Assembly: GCA_027001995.1 (NCBI GenBank) | Contig: JALTLO010000019.1 | Coordinates: 13,334-48,863, forward strand | Origin: Planctomycetota bacterium | GTDB taxonomy: Bacteria; Planctomycetota; GCA-002687715; DRQF01 | DNA: 35,530 bases | Direction: 5' to 3' | Part shown: piece by piece, positions 26,743 through 35,530 of the stretch | Numbering within the stretch: position 1 is the first letter of the stretch | Layout: every line of letters starts with the position of its first letter | Program-made: the position numbers and the translations under genes | Notes under the pieces: generated by a model | Told to the model about the DNA's origin: nothing | The model's database searches: none | What the model saw: the letters and a program-made list of their open reading frames with translations, nothing else

Positions 26743-27768
26743 CTATTCCTGGGACCTCGATTCGGCCTCAAGGCTCTCGACGTTCGCCGCACCTCTATTG
26801 CGAAAGAGATTCGTGTTGTCCAGTTCTTGGACAATCTCATTGGTGCTGTCATCTCTGAGGAGATTGAGCACTTGAAAAAGAGCCATGGCCATGACCCCAA
26901 GGGCGAAACTCAAGAATGCTGTAGACCCGCTGATCGCCAAACTTGTGGAGAACCAACCCCGTTGCAGATCCGTGCCAGAAAGGAATAAAACCAGAGCATA
27001 AATCAAATAGAGCAAAGAGCAGATCATCACCAAGAAACTCAAAGCTGCGAAAACACGGAGCATGTGAGGTGGAGCATTGGCAACGATCTCAAGAGCACGC
27101 CCAAGTCGAGTCCAGGGGCGTAACCGCTGTCCTCTTGGGTGCGGAGCGCTCAATGGGAGTACCTTCGATTCGAAAGCACGCTGGCCATTCAAAGGTCGAA
27201 AACGAAGAGATATTTCACAGTCGGCCTTAGCAACGATGCGGCTCAGGTGACCCCGAGGATGGGCCCCCGACCGCAGCAAGAGAGGATCGACATCGTAGCC
27301 GGAGATAGCGCTTAAGACCCGCCCTCCGATTCTTGAAAAGAAACCGGCGCGGCTCGAAAGCGTCAAAAGAACAGAACCGTTCGTCTCGATAGCTTCCTCG
27401 GCGAGAGTTTGCATACTGAAAAGGGAGATCTCGCTTGCCAAGACGATCAAGACGATGTCACCAATTGTTTCTTTCGCGGCAAGGACCGCCGAACGATACC
27501 CCCCCGTTCCATCTCGCAGTATGAGAATCCGTGTGTTTCGCAGGCGCAAGAGTTCCTCATACAAAGCCAAATGCCGGGTGTGGCTCTGTCCATGGACGAG
27601 AATGAGGATCTCGAAGAACTCGACATGGGCTTCCAAGTACGCAGAAGCTTGGGTCACGGCCTGACGAACGTCGTCGGAGTTCGAGTCGGCCAGAACAGCA
27701 ATCGAAATAAGGCTCTCATCTCGCCTTGGTGATTCTGAGCTCATTGTGATGTCTGATTTATTGACCAT
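26743..27768 (-). CDS. Degenerate GtrB/ArnC-like GT2 protein with two C-terminal TM helices
   Basis: GT-A-like N-terminus (FFEILILVHG, AAKETIGDIVLIV) without a DxD motif; two TM helices with the GWFS loop typical of GtrB/ArnC. Confidence 0.75.
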   Translation of the reverse strand: MVNKSDITMSSESPRRDESLISIAVLADSNSDDVRQAVTQASAYLEAHVEFFEILILVHGQSHTRHLALYEELLRLRNTRILILRDGTGGYRSAVLAAKETIGDIVLIVLASEISLFSMQTLAEEAIETNGSVLLTLSSRAGFFSRIGGRVLSAISGYDVDPLLLRSGAHPRGHLSRIVAKADCEISLRFRPLNGQRAFESKVLPLSAPHPRGQRLRPWTRLGRALEIVANAPPHMLRVFAALSFLVMICSLLYLIYALVLFLSGTDLQRGWFSTSLAISGSTAFLSFALGVMAMALFQVLNLLRDDSTNEIVQELDNTNLFRNRGAANVESLEAESRSQE

Positions 27769-28004
27769 GCCAGAGACTACAATTTATCCATGAACCAACC
27801 ACCAGGGCGTGGCATCATTCGCACCAGAAACCGAAGACGGCAGTAAAGCGAAAACAGAGGCTTTCGACCCTGCACGAACAGTAGACCATTCCGCCTCCCA
27901 TGTCGAGCCCATCTAGTCGATGAGATTGAGGTTGTTGTGGCTGAACAAGGCTCAGGAGTTTTTGACTTTGATTCCCCTTTATCCAGGCACAGGGTTCCAC
28001 TTGT

Positions 28005-29693
28005 CTATTTTGGCACAACAAGAAACGCCGCAGCCGTCACTGAAATGGGGACCAAATCTCCAGGAGAAGGAATTGCCAACAAACCCTGAATGGCAATCGA
28101 GGTACCAGGGGGGAGGCGGGAGTCTCCGGCCCAAGCTGTTTGTAAAAGACCTTGTTGAATGGATGCTCCATGGGCGAAAACATGGTCTTTGTAGAAGCCT
28201 GATTCTTCGTCAGCGGGGGGCGGCCACGATCGGCCTTGACTGAGAATAAGGGGACCAATTTCGGTCAAAAAAGGTTTGCGCTCTGGCATCACCGTGGCCA
28301 CATAAGCAATCTCCACAGCTTCCGGCAGATCGACTGCCAAGCTCATAGACCCATCAGTCTTGAGTTCAACCCGTAGTTCAGGAGGAAGGACACAAAAAGC
28401 GTCATCGAAAACACGACTGCCCATGGGGGTCACCAATTCAATGGAAGCGAAACGGGCTGGCATTAAACGAGGCAAAGTGAGCTCGAGGATGCCATCCTTA
28501 AGCCAAGTAAACCGCGTCAACAAACCGCCACACCAAACCCGGCACAAATCTTCTGGATTCAAGCCCGAAAGGCGCAGCCGAATGATTCGCTCTTGACCAA
28601 TTGTCACCGTCTTTGGCTCAAGGGAAGTCATCGTGAACTTGGGAGCGGAGAGCATCTTCTTGGCTTGGGAACCTGCCAGAAGGTCGTCTTGGTCTATAAG
28701 ACGCCCAATGGCTTTCATGAGTTTCCTGTGCCCCCTCATGGAAAGGTGAACAGAATCCAGCCAATCAGATTTTTCCTTAGCCAAGACCATCAAGTCAATG
28801 GAAGAAATACCCTCTTTCTCTACGGTTTTCTCAATAGCCAAACGATAATGCTCTTGAGCCGTATCCTCATGAGCAACGGCAGGAATGACCACCAAAGGCT
28901 GTCCTCCTTTTTCCTTCACCCAATGTAACATCGCCCGGTAATTCTCACTGAATCTCGCCAAAGACACCCGGGGCTTTCCTTCTCCAGAATCAGCATCGGA
29001 ATCTCCTCCGGGCCCCTGGTTAGAAAGATCGTTGATGAACTTGTATTTGAAGCGCAGTAGATCCCAGGTGCGACTGAGCCCAGGTCGGAGTCGATCCAGA
29101 TTCTCCCGGTCATCTCGTTCTGCCGCCGCGACCATATCGTTGTGGGGCTCTGCCAAAAAAATGACGAGATCTGCTTGGAAGGAGTCGAGCTTTTCTTCAA
29201 GCAAGGCCCTTTGTTGCTCCGAAGAAAAACCCGCGATTCCTGCCAGGACGGTTTCCACTCGAGATCCTGGGAACTGTTTCTGGAGTTCCCGTTCGAGGAG
29301 GATGCCAAAGGACCAACCAAAAGGCATGGCAAAACCGCTGACGCCCGAGGCTCCCACGCAAACAACCCGAATGTCCTTTTGCCCCTTCTGAAGAGCAGGT
29401 TCATATCCTCGGCAGCCGAAACGATTGCTGAATTCGTCCTGGGCCGAGGGTCCCCATTTGGCTGTGGGATCTTGGGGAAAACGCCACATTGTTCGAAAAT
29501 CAAACTCGAAGGAACGATTTGCATCCTTGCCAGCGACAAAGTCCTTGGGTGCCACCAAAGGCAGATCTATGCTGCGCAGAAAGCACTCAACCACCAGGGC
29601 AGCGACAAGAAGCGAAAGCAGAGCCCGACCGCAGTGCTTGATCCGGCTCTCTGGCTTTTTCCCCGTACTCTCAACTTCAGCTTCTACAACCAT
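28005..29693 (-). CDS. Membrane-anchored SGNH/GDSL hydrolase-like protein with an IPT/TIG-like domain
   Basis: TM anchor (LVVECFLR), NRFGCRG, block I VCVGAS, block II GIAGFSS, block III HND, block V DSVH. Followed by MTSLEPKTVTIGQERIIRLRLSGL...IELVTPMG (IPT-like). Confidence 0.8.
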   Translation of the reverse strand: MVVEAEVESTGKKPESRIKHCGRALLSLLVAALVVECFLRSIDLPLVAPKDFVAGKDANRSFEFDFRTMWRFPQDPTAKWGPSAQDEFSNRFGCRGYEPALQKGQKDIRVVCVGASGVSGFAMPFGWSFGILLERELQKQFPGSRVETVLAGIAGFSSEQQRALLEEKLDSFQADLVIFLAEPHNDMVAAAERDDRENLDRLRPGLSRTWDLLRFKYKFINDLSNQGPGGDSDADSGEGKPRVSLARFSENYRAMLHWVKEKGGQPLVVIPAVAHEDTAQEHYRLAIEKTVEKEGISSIDLMVLAKEKSDWLDSVHLSMRGHRKLMKAIGRLIDQDDLLAGSQAKKMLSAPKFTMTSLEPKTVTIGQERIIRLRLSGLNPEDLCRVWCGGLLTRFTWLKDGILELTLPRLMPARFASIELVTPMGSRVFDDAFCVLPPELRVELKTDGSMSLAVDLPEAVEIAYVATVMPERKPFLTEIGPLILSQGRSWPPPADEESGFYKDHVFAHGASIQQGLLQTAWAGDSRLPPGTSIAIQGLLAIPSPGDLVPISVTAAAFLVVPK

Positions 29694-29905
29694 GATGGGT
29701 CAATTTTCTCAGTACTCAATGGGAATCAGCATATACCGATTGCACAAGCTGTCACCTGCAAAATTAGGTCTATCCCCTGTTCGCCCGACATTGTCGCCTC
29801 ATAAAAATTTCTGTTATTCTGCCTTTGCGGCATGAAGACTATTTCCTGCCGTGTGGAACAGAAGACAGTCCGTCCCAGCAGACCATTCAGCCAGACTTGG
29901 AACCC

Positions 29906-32134
29906 ATGACCATGAGCCAATCCGAACCCATCATTTATACCTTTACCGATGAAGCCCCAGCCCTGGCAACCCAATCGCTCTTGCCAATTTTCCAAGCGTT
30001 TCTCTCGACAGCAAAAATCGGTATGGAAACCAGAGACATCTCCTTAGCCGCCAGAATCTTGGCCAACTTCCAAGACAAGCTTCCGGAGATCTCTTGCCCC
30101 GATGCCCTGGCTGAGCTGGGAACCATGGTCCTCGATCCAAAAGCGAACATCATCAAACTGCCGAATATCAGCGCATCTGTGCCCCAACTCAAAGCCGCCA
30201 TCGCCGAGCTTCAAGGAGCAGGGTTCCCATTGCCGGACTACCCAGACGAAGCTGAAAGCGCAGAAGACAAAGACAACAAGGCTCGCTATGGCAAAGCCAT
30301 GGGCAGTGCGGTCAACCCTGTGCTACGAGAAGGAAACTCCGACCGTCGGGCCCCCAAGGCCGTCAAAGAGTACGCCCGTCAGAATCCGCCACCTATGAAA
30401 CCCTGGTCACCCGATGCAAACACCCATGTGGCGACTATGGGCAAAGGAGACTTCTTCTCCAACGAGAAATCAATCACCTTGCCGGCAGAAACCACAGCTC
30501 GCATTGAACATACCGATAGCGATGGGCAGGTCACAGTCTTAAAGGAATCTCTTCCTCTGCTGGCCGGCGAGGTCCTAGATGCCACTTTCATGAGTAAGAA
30601 GTCTCTGGTTCAATTCCTCGAAGAAGAGATTGAAGATGCCCGAGATTCGGGCATCCTCCTGTCGCTTCACCTCAAGGCCACAATGATGAAAGTTTCAGAC
30701 CCCATCATTTTTGGTCATGCCGTCAAGACGTACTTCAAAGACGTCTTCGCCAAATACAGCGCCGACTTAGAAGAGGCAGGGGCCGATGCCAATAACGGTT
30801 TAGGCGCAGTCATCAAGAGCTTAGACAAGCTCTCCTCCGAAAAGAAGGAAGCAATCACCGCCGACATCAGGGCAACTCTTGAGTCCAGTGCCGACTTAGC
30901 CATGGTCAATTCGGACAAAGGCATCACCAATCTTCATGTGCCAAGCGATGTCATCATCGATGCGTCCATGCCGCCCATGATTCGCGATGGTGGCTGCATG
31001 TGGAATGCCAAGAATCAACTGCAAACGACAAAGGCAATGATCCCAGACAGTAGCTATGCCCCGGTCTTTCAGGCTGTCATTGATTTTTGCAAGAAAAACG
31101 GCGCTCTCGACCCAAGAACCATGGGGAGTGTTTCAAATGTCGGATTGATGGCCAAGAAGGCCGAGGAGTATGGCTCCCACGACAAAACATTCGAAATTGC
31201 CGAGGATGGCATCGTGCGCATCGTCGACGCAAACGGGAACACCCTTCACGAGCACAAAGTAGAAAAAGGGGACATCTGGCGAGCATGCCAAACCAAGGAC
31301 GCACCCATCAAAGATTGGGTCAAACTCGCTGTTAACCGCGCAAGAGCCTCCCAGACCCCTGCCGTCTTCTGGCTCGACTCTAACCGCGCCCACGATGCTC
31401 AACTGATTGCCAAAGTAGAATCTTACCTGCCAGAGTTCGACACAAAAGGATTGGACATCCGCATCATGCCCCCCAAGGAAGCGACGACTTTTTCTTTGGA
31501 AAGAATCGTCGAAGGCAAAGACACCATTTCCGTCTCTGGAAACGTTCTTCGCGACTTCCTCACGGACCTCTTCCCGATCCTGGAAGTTGGAACCAGTGCC
31601 AAAATGCTCTCCATCGTTCCTCTGATGAACGGCGGCGGCTTATTTGAGACTGGTGCCGGAGGCTCAGCTCCCAAGCATGTCCAGCAGTTCGCTTCGGAAG
31701 GCCACCTCCGATGGGATTCCTTGGGCGAATTCTTGGCTCTTGTGGTTTCACTGGAGCACTATGCCCTAAGCAATGATTCCAGCGAAGCCCAAGTCTTAGC
31801 AGATGCCCTGGATGCTGCCACCACCCAACTACTTCTCAATGGCAAAGCGCCATCGAGGAAAGTTAAGGAGCTAGACAATCGTGGTAGTCACTTCTACTTG
31901 GCACTCTATTGGTCTCAAGAAATGGCTTCTCAGACCAAGAACAATGAATTGGCAAAAGCCTTCGCTCCTATTGCTCAGGCTTTGGCGGAGAACGAATCCA
32001 TCATTGTCGACGAACTCAATCAAGCTCAAGGAAATGCCGTCGACCTGGGAGGCTATTATTGGCCAAACCGGGATCTCATGGCCAAAGCGATGCGCCCCAG
32101 CGGCACGTTCAATGAGATCATCGCCCGTATCTAA
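29906..32134 (+). CDS. icd: Monomeric NADP-dependent isocitrate dehydrogenase
   Basis: [87 protein letters not shown]. Start at ATG 29906 or 29912. Confidence 0.98.
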   Translation: MTMSQSEPIIYTFTDEAPALATQSLLPIFQAFLSTAKIGMETRDISLAARILANFQDKLPEISCPDALAELGTMVLDPKANIIKLPNISASVPQLKAAIAELQGAGFPLPDYPDEAESAEDKDNKARYGKAMGSAVNPVLREGNSDRRAPKAVKEYARQNPPPMKPWSPDANTHVATMGKGDFFSNEKSITLPAETTARIEHTDSDGQVTVLKESLPLLAGEVLDATFMSKKSLVQFLEEEIEDARDSGILLSLHLKATMMKVSDPIIFGHAVKTYFKDVFAKYSADLEEAGADANNGLGAVIKSLDKLSSEKKEAITADIRATLESSADLAMVNSDKGITNLHVPSDVIIDASMPPMIRDGGCMWNAKNQLQTTKAMIPDSSYAPVFQAVIDFCKKNGALDPRTMGSVSNVGLMAKKAEEYGSHDKTFEIAEDGIVRIVDANGNTLHEHKVEKGDIWRACQTKDAPIKDWVKLAVNRARASQTPAVFWLDSNRAHDAQLIAKVESYLPEFDTKGLDIRIMPPKEATTFSLERIVEGKDTISVSGNVLRDFLTDLFPILEVGTSAKMLSIVPLMNGGGLFETGAGGSAPKHVQQFASEGHLRWDSLGEFLALVVSLEHYALSNDSSEAQVLADALDAATTQLLLNGKAPSRKVKELDNRGSHFYLALYWSQEMASQTKNNELAKAFAPIAQALAENESIIVDELNQAQGNAVDLGGYYWPNRDLMAKAMRPSGTFNEIIARI

Positions 32135-32185
32135 ATGACAAAGGCCAATTTGTGGCTTCCTTTGATACCTAAATGGCCAACTAAG

Positions 32186-32227
32186 AAGAGCTGCGATTCT
32201 TCGGAAACGCAGCTCTTGGTCTTTTTT
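32186..32227. terminator. Rho-independent terminator between convergent icd and pcnB
   Basis: Stem AAGAGCTGCG/CGCAGCTCTT with an inner TTC-TTCG-GAA (cUUCGg tetraloop), followed by GGTCTTTTTT on the plus strand. Confidence 0.85.
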
Positions 32228-32239
32228 GATGGAGATGCA

Positions 32240-33694
32240 TTAAACGAGGGGGCGACCTGTGACCTTCTCGTAGCGCTCTTTCCAGGCGTGGCATTCTCCT
32301 TGAAAATCACCCAAACCTTGACTGTAGATCGTGAACAGCTTCAAAGCGTCTGGGAAATACTCTTTACGCACGAATTGGTTCGGGGAAGGTTTTCGTCCTC
32401 TGCCCTTTTTCGACACCAAACGGCGCATGGCGATCATGATCTGTTTGAGACGATAAAGATCACGTTTGGGAATCTGCAAGCGCAGGGCCACAGGATCGAA
32501 GACCTTTTCTACCATGACCCCAATGTCATATTGGGACGGATGCTCGCCTTCAGGAGCCGGACCATTATGGTGGATAATGTGGTCAAAAAGATGGCAGAAG
32601 AGAACTCCCAGCTTCACCGGCGCGTCAATGGAAAGATTCATTTTGCGCATACGGTCGAGGCTCTTCAGTGAATTCCAAAAACGTTGTTCGCCTCGATGCT
32701 GCAGCCCCTCAACTTTGTTGTCGGCGTCGAGAAAGGCTGAGACCTCTGGTAGGTAGACATCTAACAATTGGGTGTCGTAGAGGACCTCAAATGCTCCCAA
32801 GGAACCACCGCCCCCAAGAAGACGAAGCAATTCTTCAAATAAGCGCGGAGAAGCACTCTTCGTCAAGTCTTCCCGCACTTCCGTGATGGCGTCATAGAGG
32901 TCAGCAGCCAAGTCGAAATCCAGGCGACCTGCGAATTTTGCTGCCCGCAGCATGCGCACCGGGTCTTCTCGCAGCCGCGTCACCGGGTCGCCAATAATCT
33001 CGATGCACTTCCTCTTGACATCCACCATGCCACCCACGAAGTCAATCACTTCCCGCTTCTCGATATCGAAGTAGAGCCCATTGATGGTAAAATCACGACG
33101 TTTGGCGTCTTCGGCCGCTGTACCAAAGACGTTGTCGCTCTTGATCATGGGGTCATTGTCGTCCCCAGACTTCTCTGAAGTCCGACGAAATGTCGCCACC
33201 TCAAGAATGTGACCACCAAAGTGGATGTGGATCAGCCGAAACCGCCGACCAATCAACCTAGAATTGCGAAACAGGCTTTTCACCTGCCGGGGGGTGGCAG
33301 ATGTGGCAATGTCAAAATCCTTCGGCGTTTGCCCAACAAGCAAGTCACGTACGCAACCACCCACCAAATAAGACTGGAAGCCATGACGGTTCAACCGAAC
33401 CAAGACCTTTATGGCGTCTTCATTGATGGCGTCAAAATCGAGGGAATGATCTTTGTAGATGACCGCCCCGTGTTCTCGGGGGTCGATGTTGCGCTCATGC
33501 CCGTCTTCAAGGGCATCGCTAGCGACGACGTCCGGCGGCAGTGCTCTGGGTGGCCTGCTCCTGCGTCTTCTGGGTGGTCTACCACCCTGGTTGCGAGTTT
33601 TGCCCGAGCCTTGCCTGCGACCTGCCCCACGATTCCCAGAGGATTCCTGAGAGGACGATGCCGGCTTCGAGCCTTTCTGACTGCTCAAATCCAA
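32240..33694 (-). CDS. pcnB: Poly(A) polymerase I
   Basis: LVGGCVRDLL, PKDFDIAT, EVATFR, RRDFTIN, EDPVRMLRA, plus the PAP-specific signature LIGRRFRLIHIHF that distinguishes it from CCA-adding enzymes. Confidence 0.92.
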   Translation of the reverse strand: MDLSSQKGSKPASSSQESSGNRGAGRRQGSGKTRNQGGRPPRRRRSRPPRALPPDVVASDALEDGHERNIDPREHGAVIYKDHSLDFDAINEDAIKVLVRLNRHGFQSYLVGGCVRDLLVGQTPKDFDIATSATPRQVKSLFRNSRLIGRRFRLIHIHFGGHILEVATFRRTSEKSGDDNDPMIKSDNVFGTAAEDAKRRDFTINGLYFDIEKREVIDFVGGMVDVKRKCIEIIGDPVTRLREDPVRMLRAAKFAGRLDFDLAADLYDAITEVREDLTKSASPRLFEELLRLLGGGGSLGAFEVLYDTQLLDVYLPEVSAFLDADNKVEGLQHRGEQRFWNSLKSLDRMRKMNLSIDAPVKLGVLFCHLFDHIIHHNGPAPEGEHPSQYDIGVMVEKVFDPVALRLQIPKRDLYRLKQIMIAMRRLVSKKGRGRKPSPNQFVRKEYFPDALKLFTIYSQGLGDFQGECHAWKERYEKVTGRPLV

Positions 33695-33923
33695 TCAAAT
33701 TCCAATGCTGTTTCAATTCACCTGGAAAATATCACAGACACGGGACTCTGTCCAAGTCTGAATCCAAGGAATTGGGGGACAAATCGAGGACAGTCAATTG
33801 CCAGATGCCCCTCCTCCCACGGAGAAACCGGAGCGACAAACCCCTACTACTCTTCTTGATTATGAGTATGATTTCCAACAACAAGGTCAACGTGGCACCC
33901 TCTGGCAAGGCCCCAATCAAGCG

Positions 33924-34640
33924 ATGAAAAAGCACCTCAACTCTTTAGCTGATGATCCGCCCCTCAAGTTGGCCAAAATTCTATGCCTTGCCACCAAAGA
34001 GATCTTGGCTCTTCGCTATGCCCAGGAGATTCGAGCCTCCGCTTGCCAGTTTCAAGCGCGGAGCAAGAAGAACGCTTGGGCCACTTATTACATGCCGCCC
34101 CAAGCCCGAAGAAAGGATGGGGTCTCCTCGAAGATCCACATCATTCAGTTTGGCAGCCGCTGTGTGGACAGTTTCTTCGACCAAGAACGCCTGACAAGAA
34201 ACGCTCAGGACGATGAAGAAGTGCGAACCTACGGACGCTTGGCCAAGTATGGGCCTTTGACTCCAGCGGTGGCCCTGAGTTTCTTGGTTCTTCACGAATT
34301 CGCTCATTTTCTGGTCTACTTGGATGGCTACCCCCGGGAAGGTCACGGCCCAAGATTCCACGCCAAACTCCGCTCGATGCACGACGCTAATGATGGCGTC
34401 TTGGTGGCGGCCTTCCTGAGGTCGCAAGGAAGTAAAGTCGGAGTGGACTTGGACGCGTTCTTCGTCCCGATTGCCGAAAAGATACCATTTAGGGCCGGAG
34501 ACTCAGTGACATGGACCGACAGGCACGGAACTCAGATTGGTACAGTCCTGCGAGTCAACCGCCAATCACTCACCTTGCTTCCAGACCATGGCAAATGGAA
34601 GACCTATGCACCACCCAGTGCCGTCCAATTGACGAGGTAG
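33924..34640 (+). CDS. SprT-like zinc metalloprotease-domain protein with a C-terminal SH3/KOW-like beta domain
   Basis: VLHEFAH...GHGPRF zinc motif; C-terminus FRAGDSVTWTDRHGTQIGTVLRVNRQSLTL. Start uncertain (ATG 33924 vs TTG 33798). Confidence 0.65.
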   Translation: MKKHLNSLADDPPLKLAKILCLATKEILALRYAQEIRASACQFQARSKKNAWATYYMPPQARRKDGVSSKIHIIQFGSRCVDSFFDQERLTRNAQDDEEVRTYGRLAKYGPLTPAVALSFLVLHEFAHFLVYLDGYPREGHGPRFHAKLRSMHDANDGVLVAAFLRSQGSKVGVDLDAFFVPIAEKIPFRAGDSVTWTDRHGTQIGTVLRVNRQSLTLLPDHGKWKTYAPPSAVQLTR

Positions 34641-34677
34641 GTACTCCATCCCACAGAGGTTCATAATCAGTCGACGG

Positions 34678-35529
34678 TCACAGGGCTGTCGCAAGATCAG
34701 GAAAACTGAGACTCTGCTGATCAATTCCAATGAGCCTCACTTCGCTGTAGTAGTCTTGTAGTTGGCCAGCCCCCAGCATACGGCACAAGCTCTTCACCCG
34801 TATTTCGTGAGGTAGATCACCATGAAATGGCCCCGGCGAAGCCATGCGGCAAAGCTTCTTTTCAAACTTGCTGACAAACTTGAGGCAGAGATTCTCAGTC
34901 ATTTCAGGGAGTTGAGTAGGGGGATCTGCCAGCATCAGCAGATAGGGAGAAATGCGAAGGACTGTCTTCGTCTTCGCTTCGTCGTTCAGAAGTTCGGCCA
35001 AGAACATACCACCGAAGGCCCCTAAGCCATGAAGCAGAACAGTGTCGCCATTGTGATAGAACTTCACCACCGTTTGGGGCAACACGCCAACTTCTTCGAC
35101 CACCGCTCTTGCCAGCAAGAATGGCACCCCCGGAAAGCCAGACGACTTGAATTTCGCTACTCCTTCATCCCGGGATCCATCTGTGAGGACACGGCCATCA
35201 TCCACCTTGAAAATATCCCGACTTCCTCCGCCAATGTGAATCGTTGAAGAATCCGGAACATCAATGGCACCTACGATGTCTCCCGTCATACGATCAACCA
35301 CATCCAGAGTCAGGGCGTCTGAAATATTCGAATGGACAGAACCTCGTTCGTAGCGCAACTCCATGTCTTCACTGTGAACAAAAACGCCACCACCGGGAGC
35401 TTCAAATCGCCCCCTTTTTGCTGCTTGTTCCAAGATCTCATTCAAAACTGGAGGCTCATACTCGTCCCGCAAATCAGGTGGCAAGAAGCCGAAAAGATCG
35501 GCAGCGGAAACCCGCACATCGGCCCCGGC
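34678..35529 (-). CDS. C-terminal part of a probable Lhr-like DEAD/DEAH helicase, 5' end beyond the window edge
   Basis: The frame is open to the right edge. A winged-helix-like segment is followed by RYERGSVHSNI and DVVDRMTGDIVGAI, resembling the post-helicase region of Lhr-like proteins. No helicase core motifs are visible in the window. Confidence 0.5.
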   Translation of the reverse strand, partial: AGADVRVSAADLFGFLPPDLRDEYEPPVLNEILEQAAKRGRFEAPGGGVFVHSEDMELRYERGSVHSNISDALTLDVVDRMTGDIVGAIDVPDSSTIHIGGGSRDIFKVDDGRVLTDGSRDEGVAKFKSSGFPGVPFLLARAVVEEVGVLPQTVVKFYHNGDTVLLHGLGAFGGMFLAELLNDEAKTKTVLRISPYLLMLADPPTQLPEMTENLCLKFVSKFEKKLCRMASPGPFHGDLPHEIRVKSLCRMLGAGQLQDYYSEVRLIGIDQQSLSFPDLATAL

Positions 35530-35530
35530 T

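Noticed and set aside
32240..33694. CCA-adding enzyme as an alternative call
   Set aside because: The poly(A) polymerase signature LIGRRFRLIHI is present.
32135..33859. Plus-strand ORFs 32135..32671 and 33209..33859
   Set aside because: They are antisense to pcnB, the first runs through the terminator, and neither has motifs.
1..35530. CRISPR arrays, tRNA/rRNA genes, transposases or integrases
   Set aside because: None seen by eye. Intergenic gaps are short and show no repeat-spacer or cloverleaf pattern, though small ncRNAs cannot be excluded without a covariance-model search.

Overview
Bacterial genomic window with about 22 coding regions, two of them truncated by the window edges. The gene content is PVC/Planctomycetota-like, but taxonomy is only an inference. 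Left to right: (1) a secreted TPR/HEAT-like protein missed by the ORF track, downstream of an OmpR-family two-component system, with 11-bp-periodic TGTCA repeats in front of both units; (2) an orphan family-5 ABC substrate-binding protein; (3) a ~12-kb Ser/Thr phospho-signalling island with a kinase-pseudokinase, an Ig-like membrane protein, three FHA-containing proteins, a PP2C phosphatase and a metallophosphoesterase; (4) a glycosylation region with a GT2-TPR, GT-C-like membrane proteins and a five-gene GT2/oxidoreductase/epimerase/isomerase/GT2 cassette, interrupted by a decayed AbiEi/AbiEii toxin-antitoxin locus; (5) an SGNH-IPT protein, monomeric icd, pcnB, a SprT-like protein and the 3' end of a probable Lhr-like helicase. 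The most striking element is an FHA domain fused to what looks like a degenerate tubulin/FtsZ-superfamily domain (15774..17261), sitting in a co-oriented run with two phosphatases and a kinase-FHA protein. All assignments come from motif reading by eye; no searches were run.
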